In this document: one piece after another, positions 10,648 through 21,603 of the stretch | Numbering within the stretch: the first letter of the stretch is position 1 | How the letters are laid out: every line of letters begins with the position of its first letter | Source: Rhizomicrobium sp. | Lineage (GTDB): Bacteria; Pseudomonadota; Alphaproteobacteria; Micropepsales; Micropepsaceae | Direction of reading: 5' to 3' | Length of the DNA: 64,000 nt | Assembly (NCBI GenBank): GCA_035567755.1 | Contig: DATMPH010000026.1 | Coordinates: 533 to 64,532 of the forward strand | Position numbers and translations under genes: made by a program | The notes under the pieces: model-generated | Seen by the model: the letters and a program-made list of their open reading frames with translations, nothing else | Database searches by the model: none | What the model was told of the DNA's origin: nothing

Positions 10648-12030
10648 ATGGCCAGGTCTCAAGCAAATTTCGTTTGTCAGTCTTGCGGGGCCGCGGCGGC
10701 CAAGTGGTCGGGCCGGTGCGAGGCTTGCGGGGCGTGGAACACGATCGCGGAAGAGAAGGCGGCCACGCCCATGGGCATGGCAGCGCGCAAGCCCGCGCGG
10801 GGCCGGGTTTTTTCGCTGGAGGATTTGAAGACCGAAGAGAACGCGCCACCGCGGCGCGCCACCGGCATTGCCGAGTTCGACCGCGTGTGCGGTGGCGGCC
10901 TTGTTCCGGGGTCGGCGCTCCTTGTGGGTGGCGATCCGGGCGTCGGGAAATCGACCCTTATTCTCCAGGCGCTGGCTTCCTTCGCGCGGAGTGGCGGACG
11001 CGCCGTCTACATCTCTGGCGAAGAGGCGATGGGGCAAGTGCGCCTGCGCGCCGCGCGCATGGGCCTCGCCGATGCGCCAGTGGAAATGGGCGCGGCGACC
11101 TGCGTCGAAGACATTCTGGCGACGCTCGAGGCGCGGCCGACGCCCGGTCTCGTCGCCATCGATTCGATTCAGACAATCTGGACCTCGGCGCTCGACGCGG
11201 CGCCCGGGACCATCGCCCAGGTGCGTACGGCCTCTTTCGATCTCGTGCGCTACGCAAAAAGTACCGGCGCGGCGATACTTCTGGTGGGGCACGTCACCAA
11301 GGACGGCCAGATTGCGGGTCCGAAAGCGGTCGAGCATCTCGTCGATGCTGTTCTCTATTTTGAGGGGGAACGGGGCCATCATTTCCGCGTCCTGCGCGCG
11401 GTGAAGAACCGCTTCGGCGCCACCGACGAGATCGGAGTTTTCGAGATGACGGGAATGGGCCTCGTGGAGGTCGCCAATCCGTCGGCGCTGTTTCTGGGTG
11501 ACCGCAACAGCAACGCGCCGGGCGCCGCAGTGTTTGCCGGCCTCGAAGGTACGCGGCCCCTTCTGGTCGAGGTTCAGGCCCTGGTCGCGCAGACAAGCTA
11601 TGGCACACCGCGGCGCGCCGTCGTCGGCTGGGACAGCGGCAGGCTTGCCATGATCCTTGCGGTGCTCGATGCCCGCGCCGGGCTTGGCGCAGGCGGCCAT
11701 GATGTCTATCTGAACGTAGCGGGCGGTTTGGAGATCGGCGAGCCTGCCGCCGACCTTGCGGCCGCTGCAGCACTGATTTCTTCACTAAGCGGTCGGCCCC
11801 TGCCGAAGGGAAGTGTGTTCTTCGGCGAGATCAGCCTGTCCGGGGAAATTCGCCCGGCGCCGCAGCCGGAACTGCGGCTCAAGGAGGCGGCAAAGCTCGG
11901 CTTCACGGCCGCGCTGGTGCCGCCCGGAATGAAGGCGGCAAATTCCGGCCTCGCGCTGCGCGAGGTCCGCAATGTCGGCGAGTTGGCGCAATGGGCCGGA
12001 GTCCGGCAAGCGCGCGAGCCAGCCTCATGA
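10648..12030 (+). CDS. radA: DNA repair protein RadA/Sms
   Basis: N-terminal C4 zinc finger, GDPGVGKST, KNRFG motif, Lon-like C-terminus. Confidence 0.97.
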   Translation: MARSQANFVCQSCGAAAAKWSGRCEACGAWNTIAEEKAATPMGMAARKPARGRVFSLEDLKTEENAPPRRATGIAEFDRVCGGGLVPGSALLVGGDPGVGKSTLILQALASFARSGGRAVYISGEEAMGQVRLRAARMGLADAPVEMGAATCVEDILATLEARPTPGLVAIDSIQTIWTSALDAAPGTIAQVRTASFDLVRYAKSTGAAILLVGHVTKDGQIAGPKAVEHLVDAVLYFEGERGHHFRVLRAVKNRFGATDEIGVFEMTGMGLVEVANPSALFLGDRNSNAPGAAVFAGLEGTRPLLVEVQALVAQTSYGTPRRAVVGWDSGRLAMILAVLDARAGLGAGGHDVYLNVAGGLEIGEPAADLAAAAALISSLSGRPLPKGSVFFGEISLSGEIRPAPQPELRLKEAAKLGFTAALVPPGMKAANSGLALREVRNVGELAQWAGVRQAREPAS

Positions 12031-12043
12031 TAGACTCGAATCG

Positions 12044-12679
12044 ATGCATGCACTGAATGTCTCCTGGGTCGATCTCGCCGTCGTGGGCGTCGTCGTCATT
12101 TCGACGATCCTGGCGGTCATCCGCGGCTTCGTGCGCGAAACTCTTTCGATCTTCTCCTGGGTGGCGGCGGCTCTTGCGACGCTCTATTTCGGCCCGGCAG
12201 CGACCACTCTGCTCCGCTCTCATATCTCGACCCCGCTGGCTGCACCGCTCATCGCCTATATCGGTATCTTTCTTGTCGTGCTGATTGTGCTGTCGTTCGT
12301 GAGCCATCGGTTGTCCGAAGCTGTGCGCCGCTCCCGGATCGGCGCGCTTGACCGCTCGCTGGGCGTTCCGTTCGGCATCCTGCGCGGGCTGGCTCTCGTG
12401 GGGTTCGCCTATCTCGCCTTTTCGCTTCTCATTCCGGTGCGATCGCAGCCGCCGCCCTGGCTGGCTCACGCGCGTTTCCTGCCGGTAATCCAGGGATCGA
12501 GCGACGCGCTGCTGGCACTGGTCCCGGCCCATTATCGCGCAACGACGAACGGATCCACGACAACATCTGCCGACCGCGCGGCCGCTGCGCGGGACGGAGT
12601 TCGCGCCGCCCACGCGATCCACGATCTGCAGAAGAAACTCATCGCAGCCACGCAAAGCTCGGGGAACGATAAGCAATGA
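12044..12679 (+). CDS. cvpA: CvpA (colicin V production) family membrane protein
   Basis: RGFVRE and LDRSLG..FG..RG motifs; lies directly upstream of purF. Confidence 0.85.
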   Translation: MHALNVSWVDLAVVGVVVISTILAVIRGFVRETLSIFSWVAAALATLYFGPAATTLLRSHISTPLAAPLIAYIGIFLVVLIVLSFVSHRLSEAVRRSRIGALDRSLGVPFGILRGLALVGFAYLAFSLLIPVRSQPPPWLAHARFLPVIQGSSDALLALVPAHYRATTNGSTTTSADRAAAARDGVRAAHAIHDLQKKLIAATQSSGNDKQ

Positions 12680-14124
12680 GCACCCCGTTCGACGACAAGT
12701 TTCACGAAGAATGCGCGGTATTCGGCGTGTTCGGGCACGCCGATGCCGGCGCTCTGACCGTGCTGGGCCTCCACGCACTCCAGCATCGCGGACAGGAAGC
12801 GGCCGGAATCGTCACCTATGACGGCACGCAATTCATCGCCGAACGCCATCCGGGCCTGGTGGGCGACATCTTCGGCAAGAACAGCGCGCACGCGCAGAAG
12901 CTGAAAGGCGAGCAGGCAGTCGGACACACGCGATATTCGACGACCGGCGGCTCGGGCGCGCGCAATATTCAGCCCATGTTTGCCGATCTGGCGGGCGGCG
13001 GGATCGCGATTGCGCACAATGGCAACCTCACCAATGCGCGCGCGCTTCGTTCCGATCTCGTGCGCCAGGGCGCGATTTTCCAGTCCACCTCGGACACGGA
13101 AACCATCATCCATCTCATGGCGCGCAGTCTTTACAACCCGGTCGTGGATCGCCTCGTGGATGCGCTCAAGCAGGTTGAAGGCGCCTATTCGCTCGTTGCG
13201 CTCACTTCGAGGAAGCTGATCGGCGCGCGCGATCCATTTGGCGTGCGGCCGCTCGTTCTGGGGCAGTTGGACGGAGCTCCCATACTTGCTTCCGAAACCT
13301 GCGCGCTCGACATCATCGGCGCCGACTTCGTGCGGGACGTGGAGCGCGGCGAGGTCGTCGTGGCCACGAAAGACGGAATTGAATCGTACCATCCGTTCAG
13401 CAAGCAACCGAACCGCTTCTGCATATTCGAATATGTCTATTTCTCACGGCCCGATTCGACCGTCGAGGGGCGCAATGTCTACGAGGCGCGCAAGCGGATC
13501 GGCGAGGAACTCGCGCGCGAAGCGCCGGTGGCGGCCGATATGGTCATTCCGGTGCCCGATTCCGGCGTTCCCGCCGCACTCGGCTACGCTGCGGAATCCA
13601 GTATTCCCTTCGAACTCGGCATCATCCGCAACCATTATGTGGGGCGTACCTTCATCGAGCCTTCGGAGCGCATCCGTCATCTCGGCGTGCGACTCAAGCA
13701 CAACGCGAACGGCGCCATGCTCAAGGGCAAACGCGTGGTGCTGGTCGACGATTCCATCGTGCGCGGCACGACGTCGAAGAAGATCGTCGAGATGGTGCGC
13801 GACGCCGGCGCGGTCGAAGTGCATATCCGGATCGCGAGTCCTCCGACGACGAATTCCTGCTTCTATGGCGTCGATACGCCGAACAGGGAAGAGCTTCTCG
13901 CCCACAGCATGACCGTCGAGGACATGCGCCTGCACATCCACGCCGACAGTCTCGCTTTCGTCTCGATTGATGGTCTCTACCGCGCGACCGGCGAATCCGC
14001 GCGCAACACAAAGCGTCCGCAATTCTGCGACGCCTGCTTTTCCGGCGATTACCCGATCGAACTCACCGACGTGATGGGCGGCCGCAAGGACGTCCAGCTC
14101 TCTCTTCTGGCCGAGGTCGCGTGA
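12676..14124 (+). CDS. purF: amidophosphoribosyltransferase
   Basis: EECAVFG, LQHRGQEAAG, GHTRYST, VLVDDSIVRGTT, FCDACFSG. Confidence 0.97.
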   Translation: MSTPFDDKFHEECAVFGVFGHADAGALTVLGLHALQHRGQEAAGIVTYDGTQFIAERHPGLVGDIFGKNSAHAQKLKGEQAVGHTRYSTTGGSGARNIQPMFADLAGGGIAIAHNGNLTNARALRSDLVRQGAIFQSTSDTETIIHLMARSLYNPVVDRLVDALKQVEGAYSLVALTSRKLIGARDPFGVRPLVLGQLDGAPILASETCALDIIGADFVRDVERGEVVVATKDGIESYHPFSKQPNRFCIFEYVYFSRPDSTVEGRNVYEARKRIGEELAREAPVAADMVIPVPDSGVPAALGYAAESSIPFELGIIRNHYVGRTFIEPSERIRHLGVRLKHNANGAMLKGKRVVLVDDSIVRGTTSKKIVEMVRDAGAVEVHIRIASPPTTNSCFYGVDTPNREELLAHSMTVEDMRLHIHADSLAFVSIDGLYRATGESARNTKRPQFCDACFSGDYPIELTDVMGGRKDVQLSLLAEVA

Positions 14125-14144
14125 GCGCGGCTGTCCGCTGAGCA

Positions 14145-14849
14145 ATGGCTCTGTTTTCCGGACGCATTGCACTTGTCACCGGCGCCTCACGCGGGATCGG
14201 CTTTGCGGCCGCCAAAGCGCTGGCGGCAGAAGGCGCGCATGTCATTCTCGTCGCGCGCACCGTGGGCGGACTGGAAGAGGCGGACGATGAAATCCGCAAG
14301 AGCGGCGGAACGGCTACGCTGGTGCCGCTCGATCTGAAGGACTTCGCCGCAATCGACAGGCTGGGCGCGACAATCTTCGAGCGTTGGGGCCGGCTCGATG
14401 CATTGCTCGGCAATGCGGGCGTGCTCGGCACGCTGACCCCGCTTGCGCATCTCGATCCGAAAATCTTTGCCGAATGTCTCGACGTCAATGTCACCGCCAA
14501 TTGGCGACTCATCCGTTCGCTTGATCCGTTGCTGAGGAAATCCGATGCGGGCCGCGCACTCTTTGTCACCTCGGGCACATCGCACCGCTTCCGGTCCTAT
14601 TGGGGGGCCTACGCAATGAGCAAGGCGGCCCTCGAAGCGATCGTACTCACTTACGCCGCGGAATGCGCCGGCACAGCCACAGCGGCAAACCTCCTCAATC
14701 CCGGGCCTTTGCGGACGCGCATGCGGCAAAAGGCGATGCCCGGCGAAGATCCGGCGACTCTTGATCCGCCGGAAGCGGTTTGCCCACTTATTCTCGAGCT
14801 CCTGGCGCCAGATTGCAGCAGGAACGGCGATCTTGTCTCATTCAAGTAA
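14145..14849 (+). CDS. short-chain dehydrogenase/reductase
   Basis: TGASRGIG, NAG, YAMSK (YxxxK). Confidence 0.9.
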   Translation: MALFSGRIALVTGASRGIGFAAAKALAAEGAHVILVARTVGGLEEADDEIRKSGGTATLVPLDLKDFAAIDRLGATIFERWGRLDALLGNAGVLGTLTPLAHLDPKIFAECLDVNVTANWRLIRSLDPLLRKSDAGRALFVTSGTSHRFRSYWGAYAMSKAALEAIVLTYAAECAGTATAANLLNPGPLRTRMRQKAMPGEDPATLDPPEAVCPLILELLAPDCSRNGDLVSFK

Positions 14850-14874
14850 GGACGAGCTATTCGAATTCCCGCAA

Positions 14875-16242
14875 TCATGCACCAGGTATCTGATCGTGTC
14901 GTGCCGCGCGCCGGATCACAAGCGCGAGTGAGCCGGCAAGCAGCCAAAGCCCGCCGGCGATTTTCGCGTTCGTTTCTGCATTCCAAAGCACATAGCCGGT
15001 GATGAGAATTCCGATGCCTGGCGCGAGAAGATGGCGCAGCCAGTCCCGGCTCCTTTGATGCCAGGCGAAGTGTGCGATGACGGAAGCATGCAGCAAAAGA
15101 AATCCCACCAGAGCGCCGAAGCTGACCATGGAGGTAAGAAGCTCGAGTTTCTCCACCATGAACAGCCCCAACACCAGGGTGATCGCGGCAACGAGGAAGA
15201 TCGCGCGTTCGGGAACCTTGCGGGCGGGATCAATGCGTGCGAGGACTTTTGGAAGTCTGCCGTCGCGCGCCATGCCGAAAAGTAGCCGCGCCGTGGCGGC
15301 CTGTGCGGTCAGCGCTCCGGCGATCCCTCCAAACAAAATCATGGGACCCGCGACGAGAAACTTGAGCCATCCACCGCCGATCGTGACAGCGATGTTGTAG
15401 AAAGCCGCGTTGGTTGCGTCGCCGGGCGCAAAACTGGTGCGGCCCAGAACGAATAGCGACGCGATGTAGGTCTGAGCGACGAACAGCAGGGCGGAAATAC
15501 AGAGCGAGAGAATCGTGGCGCGCGCTATCGTGGCGGGACCGCCCCTCGATTCCTCGGACAGTGTCGATATGGCGTCGAAGCCGAGGAAACTCAGCACCGC
15601 AAGCGACAGCGCGCCGAACACGAGGCCCGGCGTCAACTCCACGGGATTGTAGAATGGCGTAACCGAGAAGTGCGCGCCGCTGGCGTGATGGGCGAGAGCG
15701 CCAATTCCGGCGATCAGAATGACTGCAAGAATGAGGAGTTGCAGCGCCAGCATCACAAAATTCGTGCGGGCGGTTATCTCGATGCCAAAATAATTGACGA
15801 CAGTCGAGAATGACAGAAGCAATACAACCCAGACAGGTTTGGGCACTTGCGGCAGCATCGCGTAGAATGCGATTGCGCAGACGACGTAGCTGAGCGCCGG
15901 CAGCAGGAGATAATCGAGCAACATCGCCCAGCCAGCGATGAATCCGGCTGTCGGACCCAGGCTTCGCGCAGCGTAGCTGTAAACAGATCCAGCGACCGGA
16001 AAAGCGCGGCTCATCGCCATATAGCTCAGCGCCGTAAACAACATCGCGACGAGGCCGACCAGGTAGACGAGTGGCACCATTCCGTGGCTGGCGTTGAAGA
16101 CGATGCCGAAAACGGCGATCGGCGCGCCCGGTACGATGAATACAAGACCATAGACGAGCAGGTCGGACAGGCTGAGAGACCGCTTCAGTTCTTGCTTGTA
16201 ACCGAAGGTCTCGAGGCTTGCGGACTGCGCAGTCTCGCTCAT
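14875..16242 (-). CDS. APC-family amino acid/polyamine permease
   Basis: ~12 TM segments, GSVYSY and FLGFDAISTLSEE motifs. Confidence 0.85.
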   Translation of the reverse strand: MSETAQSASLETFGYKQELKRSLSLSDLLVYGLVFIVPGAPIAVFGIVFNASHGMVPLVYLVGLVAMLFTALSYMAMSRAFPVAGSVYSYAARSLGPTAGFIAGWAMLLDYLLLPALSYVVCAIAFYAMLPQVPKPVWVVLLLSFSTVVNYFGIEITARTNFVMLALQLLILAVILIAGIGALAHHASGAHFSVTPFYNPVELTPGLVFGALSLAVLSFLGFDAISTLSEESRGGPATIARATILSLCISALLFVAQTYIASLFVLGRTSFAPGDATNAAFYNIAVTIGGGWLKFLVAGPMILFGGIAGALTAQAATARLLFGMARDGRLPKVLARIDPARKVPERAIFLVAAITLVLGLFMVEKLELLTSMVSFGALVGFLLLHASVIAHFAWHQRSRDWLRHLLAPGIGILITGYVLWNAETNAKIAGGLWLLAGSLALVIRRAARHDQIPGA

Positions 16243-16462
16243 TTGCAGGGCCCCCAGCCCGAAATCGTGCGAAGTGGAGCACCGGCGACCTGGCTCAGAT
16301 CAAAGGCAAGATCGCGAAGCGGCGGCGCATAAGCCATGACGTGATTTCCCGAGCCCTGTTCGCCAACATATTTCCCGAAAAGGACGGAGAAAAGCCGTTG
16401 ACGACCGATATGCTATAGACGGAAATGCGCGATCATCACGCGCCGGGTCGAGGGAGACCGAC

Positions 16463-17302
16463 ATGAGATTTCAAACTGCTGTCATGCTTGCATGCTTTGT
16501 CATGCTCGGGGCGTCATCCAGCGAGGGTGCGGCGGTGTCCGCCATGGCGCCCCCCGGAGGTATCTACGCCGACGCGGCGCTTGCCACTGTAGTGCGCGGA
16601 CCGCAGCGGTCACCGGAAAACATGGCGCGGGATCGTTTCCGGCATCCGCGTGAAAGTCTGTCCTTCTGGGGGCTGAAGCCCGGAATGAGTGTTCTCGAAA
16701 TATGGCCGTCACCAGGCTATTGGACAGAGATACTTGCGCCTTATGCCAAGGCTACGGGCGGCCGGTACATCGCGGCCCTTTCCGGCGCGACGCGGCCTCT
16801 TCCTGCCAAATTCTCGGACAAGAGCGTCTACGGCACCATTACAAACACGGTCTTCAACGACAGTTCGGGGCCGCTCGTCGCACCGGGCACGGTCGATTTC
16901 GTGCTGACGGCGCGCAATCTCCATGACTGGACGGGCGCGCCAGGAATGGTGGAAAAATCGATGGCCGATTTTTACGCGGCATTGAAACCCGGCGGAATTC
17001 TGGCGGTGGAGCAACATCGGGCCGATCCAAGGCCGATGGTGAAGGACGCAACCGACGGATACATGTCGACGGCCTATGTCGTGCAACTCGCGGAGAAGGC
17101 CGGGTTCAAACTTGAAGCGCAATCCGAGATCAACGCAAATCCCAAAGACACGAAGGACCATCCGTTCGGCGTATGGACGCTGCCACCGACGCGGCGGAGC
17201 GCTGCGTCCGGCCAACCCCCGAATCCAGCGTTTGACCACAGCAAATACGATGCGATCGGCGAGAGCGATCGAATGACATTGCGCTTCCGCAAGCCGGGCT
17301 GA
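16463..17302 (+). CDS. exported class I SAM-methyltransferase-fold protein (COG4798-like)
   Basis: Signal peptide; RDRFRHPRESLSFWG, LEIW..GYWTEIL, LKPGGILAVEQHR, GESDRMTLRF. Confidence 0.7.
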   Translation: MRFQTAVMLACFVMLGASSSEGAAVSAMAPPGGIYADAALATVVRGPQRSPENMARDRFRHPRESLSFWGLKPGMSVLEIWPSPGYWTEILAPYAKATGGRYIAALSGATRPLPAKFSDKSVYGTITNTVFNDSSGPLVAPGTVDFVLTARNLHDWTGAPGMVEKSMADFYAALKPGGILAVEQHRADPRPMVKDATDGYMSTAYVVQLAEKAGFKLEAQSEINANPKDTKDHPFGVWTLPPTRRSAASGQPPNPAFDHSKYDAIGESDRMTLRFRKPG

Positions 17303-17332
17303 TGTCGCAGACGTAGATCATCGCAGACGGAA

Positions 17333-18100
17333 TCAAAGATTCACGACGCTCAGGCGTGGGCGGTCGGGCGTTTGTGACCGGCCGGAATTGAGGAAGTCGG
17401 CGACGAAAGGCGTGGCGGGTGCATGGCGCAGCTCATCGGGCGTGCCGATCTGCTCGATCTTTCCGTCATTCATCACGGCCACGATGTCGGCCATGTCGAG
17501 GGCCTCTTCCTGGTCGTGAGTGACAAAGATCGAGGTTAGTCCGAGACGGTTGTGCAGCGCGCGGAGCCAGACGCGCAGCTCTTTGCGCACCTTCGCGTCG
17601 AGCGCGCCGAAGGGTTCGTCGAGGAGCAGCAGGCGCGGCTCGATGGCGAGCGCGCGGGCGAGCGCCACACGTTGGCGCTGCCCGCCGGACAGGCGGCTCG
17701 GATAGCGATCGCCATAGCCTTCCAGCTGCACCAGAGTCAGCAGTTCGTCGACGCGGCGACGGATCTCCGCGCGCGAAGGCCGTGTTCGGCGCGGCCGTAC
17801 TTCAAGCCCGAACGCCACATTGCTGGCGACCGTCATGTGACGGAACAGGGCGTAGTGCTGGAAGACAAAGCCGGCACGCCGCTCCCGCGCGGGAATGGAA
17901 AGCCAATCCTGATTTTCGAATGTGATCTGGCCGAGATCGGCGAATTCGAGTCCGCCCAGAATTCTCAGAAGGGTCGTCTTGCCGGAACCGGACGGTCCGA
18001 GCAGCGCAAGGAACGCACCTTTCGAAACTTCAAGGCTGACGCCGCGCAGGGCGGGATAGCGCTCGAATTTCTTGGCGACGCAGTCGATCATGAGCGACAT
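17333..18100 (-). CDS. cysA: sulfate ABC transporter ATP-binding subunit (short form, 255 aa)
   Basis: [42 protein letters not shown]. Confidence 0.88.
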   Translation of the reverse strand: MSLMIDCVAKKFERYPALRGVSLEVSKGAFLALLGPSGSGKTTLLRILGGLEFADLGQITFENQDWLSIPARERRAGFVFQHYALFRHMTVASNVAFGLEVRPRRTRPSRAEIRRRVDELLTLVQLEGYGDRYPSRLSGGQRQRVALARALAIEPRLLLLDEPFGALDAKVRKELRVWLRALHNRLGLTSIFVTHDQEEALDMADIVAVMNDGKIEQIGTPDELRHAPATPFVADFLNSGRSQTPDRPRLSVVNL

Positions 18101-18108
18101 GGGATACC

Positions 18109-18969
18109 TCAATGGCGGTGCGTGGCGGCAATCTCGTCCGCGAAACGCCATTCAAGAAAGGATTTCAGAACGAGGGTAACGAGCGCCAGCATCGCGAGCA
18201 GCGAAGCCACGGCAAAGGCTGCGGCGTAGCTGTAGTCATTGTAGAGGACCTCGATGTGGAGAGGCATGGTGTTGGTCAGTCCTCTGATGTGTCCGGAGAC
18301 GACCGACACCGCGCCGAATTCGCCCATGGCGCGTGCATTGCAGAGAAGCACGCCATACAACAGACCCCATTTGACGTTGGGCAGCGTCACGAACAGGAAG
18401 GTCTTGAAGCCCGAGGCGCCGAGCGATACGGCGGCCTCTTCCTCGTCGCGGCCCTGGTCGATCATGAGAGGGACGAGCTCGCGCGCGACGAACGGAAAGG
18501 TCACGAACATGGTTGCGAGAACGATACCGGGAAGGGCGAAGATGATCCGTATGTCGTGATCACGCAGCCAGGGTCCGAGCCAGCCCTGCAGCCCGAACAT
18601 CAACACGTACACAAGTCCGGAGACGACGGGGGATACGGAAAACGGAATGTCGATCAACGTGGAAAGAATGCTCTTGCCGCGAAAATCGAATTTCGCGATT
18701 ACCCACGCAGCAGCGACGCCGAATGCCATATTGCACGGCACGGCGATTGCGGCGACGATCAGCGTGAGGCGGACGGACGAGAGCGTATCGGAATTCGAAA
18801 GCGCCGCACTTGCGCCGGAAATGCCGTTCGCAAGCGCATTTGCGAACACGCTCATCAATGGCAGCAGCAGAAACAGACCCACAAACCCGATGGCAAGCAC
18901 GGTCAGCGCCAACCTTGTAGCGCGGCTCTCCTGCGTAGGATTCCTGTAAACGAAAGCTGCGGTGCTCAT
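18109..18969 (-). CDS. cysW: sulfate ABC permease CysW
   Basis: [31 protein letters not shown]. Confidence 0.93.
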   Translation of the reverse strand: MSTAAFVYRNPTQESRATRLALTVLAIGFVGLFLLLPLMSVFANALANGISGASAALSNSDTLSSVRLTLIVAAIAVPCNMAFGVAAAWVIAKFDFRGKSILSTLIDIPFSVSPVVSGLVYVLMFGLQGWLGPWLRDHDIRIIFALPGIVLATMFVTFPFVARELVPLMIDQGRDEEEAAVSLGASGFKTFLFVTLPNVKWGLLYGVLLCNARAMGEFGAVSVVSGHIRGLTNTMPLHIEVLYNDYSYAAAFAVASLLAMLALVTLVLKSFLEWRFADEIAATHRH

Positions 18970-19817
18970 TTTCGCGCAGCCATCCAGGCCTGAACCCCGT
19001 TAAGGGCGAACAACATCAGGAACGAGATGCCGAGCATGACCACGCCAATGGAGGCGGCGCCCGCGTAGTCGTATTCCTCAAGCTTGATCACGATCAGAAG
19101 CGGTGCGATCTCCGAGCGCATCGGCAGATTGCCCGCGATGAAGATGACCGATCCGTATTCGCCGACCGCGCGGGCGAAAGCGAGCCCCGTGCCCGTTATC
19201 AGAGCGGGTGCGAGCGCAGGCAGGACGACGCGGCGAAACGCCTGCCATCGCGTTGCGCCGAGCGTGGCGGCCGCCTCTTCGGGTTCCCGGCCGGCATCGG
19301 CGAGCACGGGCTGGATCGTGCGAACGACAAAGGGAAGCCCGATGAAGATGAGCGCCACGACTACGCCCAATGGCGTATAGGCGACCTTCAGACCCGCGCG
19401 CGCGAGAGGTGCACCGATCCAGCCGCTTTGGGCATAAAGGGCCGAAAGTGCGATTCCGGCAACCGCTGTCGGCAGTGCGAAAGGAAGGTCGATGATTGCG
19501 TCAACGAGGCGGTGCAAAGGGAAGCGGTAGCGCACCAGCACCCAGGCCACGAGCAACCCCATCACGCTGTTGATTGCCGCAGCGATCGCCGACGCGCCGA
19601 ACGACAGTTCAAGCGCGTGGATGACGCGTGGGGCGGCGATCTCCGCAAGGAAGCCATCGATTCCAAGCGACCAGGGACGAATCAGAAGCGCCGTCAGCGG
19701 AACCAGAACGATTGCGGAAAGATAGAAGAGCGTGAAGCCCAGCGTCAGACCGAACCCCGGAAGGGCGCTCTTGTTGTGCCAGCGGACGGGCAACGCCGGC
19801 GCGGCTACAACGCTCAT
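18966..19817 (-). CDS. cysT: sulfate ABC permease CysT (true start ATG 19817, overlapping the sbp stop)
   Basis: [29 protein letters not shown]. Confidence 0.93.
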   Translation of the reverse strand: MSVVAAPALPVRWHNKSALPGFGLTLGFTLFYLSAIVLVPLTALLIRPWSLGIDGFLAEIAAPRVIHALELSFGASAIAAAINSVMGLLVAWVLVRYRFPLHRLVDAIIDLPFALPTAVAGIALSALYAQSGWIGAPLARAGLKVAYTPLGVVVALIFIGLPFVVRTIQPVLADAGREPEEAAATLGATRWQAFRRVVLPALAPALITGTGLAFARAVGEYGSVIFIAGNLPMRSEIAPLLIVIKLEEYDYAGAASIGVVMLGISFLMLFALNGVQAWMAARK

Positions 19818-20830
19818 TGCCCGGGCTTGTAGATCTGGTCGAAAACGCCGCCATCCGAAAAATGCACGGCCTGCGCCTTTCTCCACCCTCCAAAGATCTC
19901 GTCGATGGAGTGCAACGGCAGGCTGGGAAAGATGTTCGCGTGCGTCGCCAGAATCTGGGGATTTCGAGGCCGGTAGAAATCCTTCGCTTCGATTTCCTGG
20001 CCTTCCTTCGAGTACAGAAACTGCAGATAGGCTTCGGCGACCTTGCGTGTGCCGTGGCGGTCGACGTTTTTGTCGAGGAGGGCGACCGGCGGCTCGGCCA
20101 GAATAGAGACCGAGGGATAGACGATTTCGAATTTGTCGCTGCCGTGCTCCTTGAGCGCGAGATGCGCTTCGTTTTCCCAGTCGAGCAGCACATCTCCGAT
20201 CCCGCGCTCCACGAAGGTCGTCGTCGAACCTCGTGCGCCCGCGTCGAGAACGGGGACGTGGGCGTAGACCTGGCCAACGAACGCTTTGGCCTTGTTCGGA
20301 TCGCCGCCTGGTGCCTTCAACGCATAGGTCCATGCCGCGAGATAGGCCCACCGCGCACCGCCCGAGGTCTTGGGATTGGGCGTGATCACCTGAACCCCGA
20401 GCCTTATGAGGTCGGGCCAGTCGCGAATGTGCTTGGGATTTCCCTTGCGGACCAGAAATACGATTGTGGACGTGTATGGGGTGCTGTTTTCCGGAAGCCG
20501 TGTCTGCCAGTTCTCCGGCAGGAGCTGCGCCTTGTCGGCGATTGCGTCGATGTCGTAGGCGAGCCCCAGCGTGACCACGTCGGCGTCGAGCCCGTCGATC
20601 ACGGCCCGCGATTGCGCGCCCGACCCGCCATGTGACTGATTGATCGTTACGCTGTCGCCGGTTTTCGCCTTCCATTGCGCGGCAAAGGCGGCGTTGATGT
20701 CCTGATAGAGCTCCCGCGTCGGATCGTAGCTCACATTCAGGAGTTTGATTTCGGCGGCCGCGGCACAGGTTGCGCTCGCGCACAGGACTGTGGCAGCCGC
20801 GAGAGCCAGTCCCCGAAACAGGCGTCCCAT
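19814..20830 (-). CDS. sbp: periplasmic sulfate-binding protein
   Basis: [36 protein letters not shown]. Confidence 0.95.
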   Translation of the reverse strand: MGRLFRGLALAAATVLCASATCAAAAEIKLLNVSYDPTRELYQDINAAFAAQWKAKTGDSVTINQSHGGSGAQSRAVIDGLDADVVTLGLAYDIDAIADKAQLLPENWQTRLPENSTPYTSTIVFLVRKGNPKHIRDWPDLIRLGVQVITPNPKTSGGARWAYLAAWTYALKAPGGDPNKAKAFVGQVYAHVPVLDAGARGSTTTFVERGIGDVLLDWENEAHLALKEHGSDKFEIVYPSVSILAEPPVALLDKNVDRHGTRKVAEAYLQFLYSKEGQEIEAKDFYRPRNPQILATHANIFPSLPLHSIDEIFGGWRKAQAVHFSDGGVFDQIYKPGQ

Positions 20831-20864
20831 GAACCCCCTCCGCCGTGTTGATACCTAAAACAGC

Positions 20865-20917
20865 ATCCTAAGCATCAACACGACAGAGTCAATAGAGTAT
20901 AGGACATCGTCCTACAC
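20865..20917 (-). promoter_or_regulatory. candidate sigma70 promoter of sbp-cysTWA (TTGACT-N16-TAGGAT) with an upstream palindrome TAGGAC-N3-GTCCTA
   Basis: Motifs read directly at 20865-20892 and 20897-20917. Confidence 0.45.
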
Positions 20918-20996
20918 CGATGCAGGCATGACCGGCACCTCACTTGGCGCGATGGGCCCAGCCAGTCAGTTCAGGAGCAGGTGTCTGGTTAGATCC

Positions 20997-21434
20997 TTAC
21001 GCCGGAGCGCGGGCGCGGCGTTTGGATGGAAGCGCGCCGGCCAGCGTTCGCTCCTCCAGGATCGCGGCGGTCGCATCGCGCGCCGCCAGCAGCACCTTGC
21101 GGATGGCGCAGGTTTCTTCGTCCAGGCAATCGTCGCATTTGTGATAGGCGGTCGTGCTGACACAGGGGGCGAGCGCGAGCGGTCCGTCGATCGTGCGGAT
21201 CACTTCGGCGAAGGTGATGTTCTTGGGAGCTTTGCCGAGAAGGTAGCCGCCGGATCGTCCTCGCAGACTGCGGACAATGCCGCGCTTCTTGAGATCGAGC
21301 AAAATCTGTTCGAGAAATTTCCTCGGCACGCGCGCCCGGGCAGCGACATCGGCAATCATGATCGGCTCGCTGGCCCCGTGCTCAGCGAGCACGATCAGGG
21401 CATGCAGGGCATAGCGGGCCTTCTGCGAGAGCAT
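20997..21434 (-). CDS. Rrf2-family transcriptional regulator
   Basis: MLSQKARYALHAL, FLEQILLDL, SLRGRSGGY, three clustered Cys. Confidence 0.92.
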   Translation of the reverse strand: MLSQKARYALHALIVLAEHGASEPIMIADVAARARVPRKFLEQILLDLKKRGIVRSLRGRSGGYLLGKAPKNITFAEVIRTIDGPLALAPCVSTTAYHKCDDCLDEETCAIRKVLLAARDATAAILEERTLAGALPSKRRARAPA

Positions 21435-21603
21435 ATATCGAGCCTCTTGAGACCATCTGCGATATCGACTTTTCCCACTGATTCGTCAAGGGTTTGGACA
21501 GAATCCGGCAGGAATCCCGACAATTTCCGGCTACAATCCGCGGCGCCCGCATCAGCCGGAGAGGTTGTAACTATCGAGTCGCACCGGGCGAACTAGGGAG
21601 CGA

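Noticed and set aside
18966-20783. 605-aa ORF as an extended CysT
   Set aside because: The N-terminal 322 aa are an alternative frame over sbp; CysT starts at 19817.
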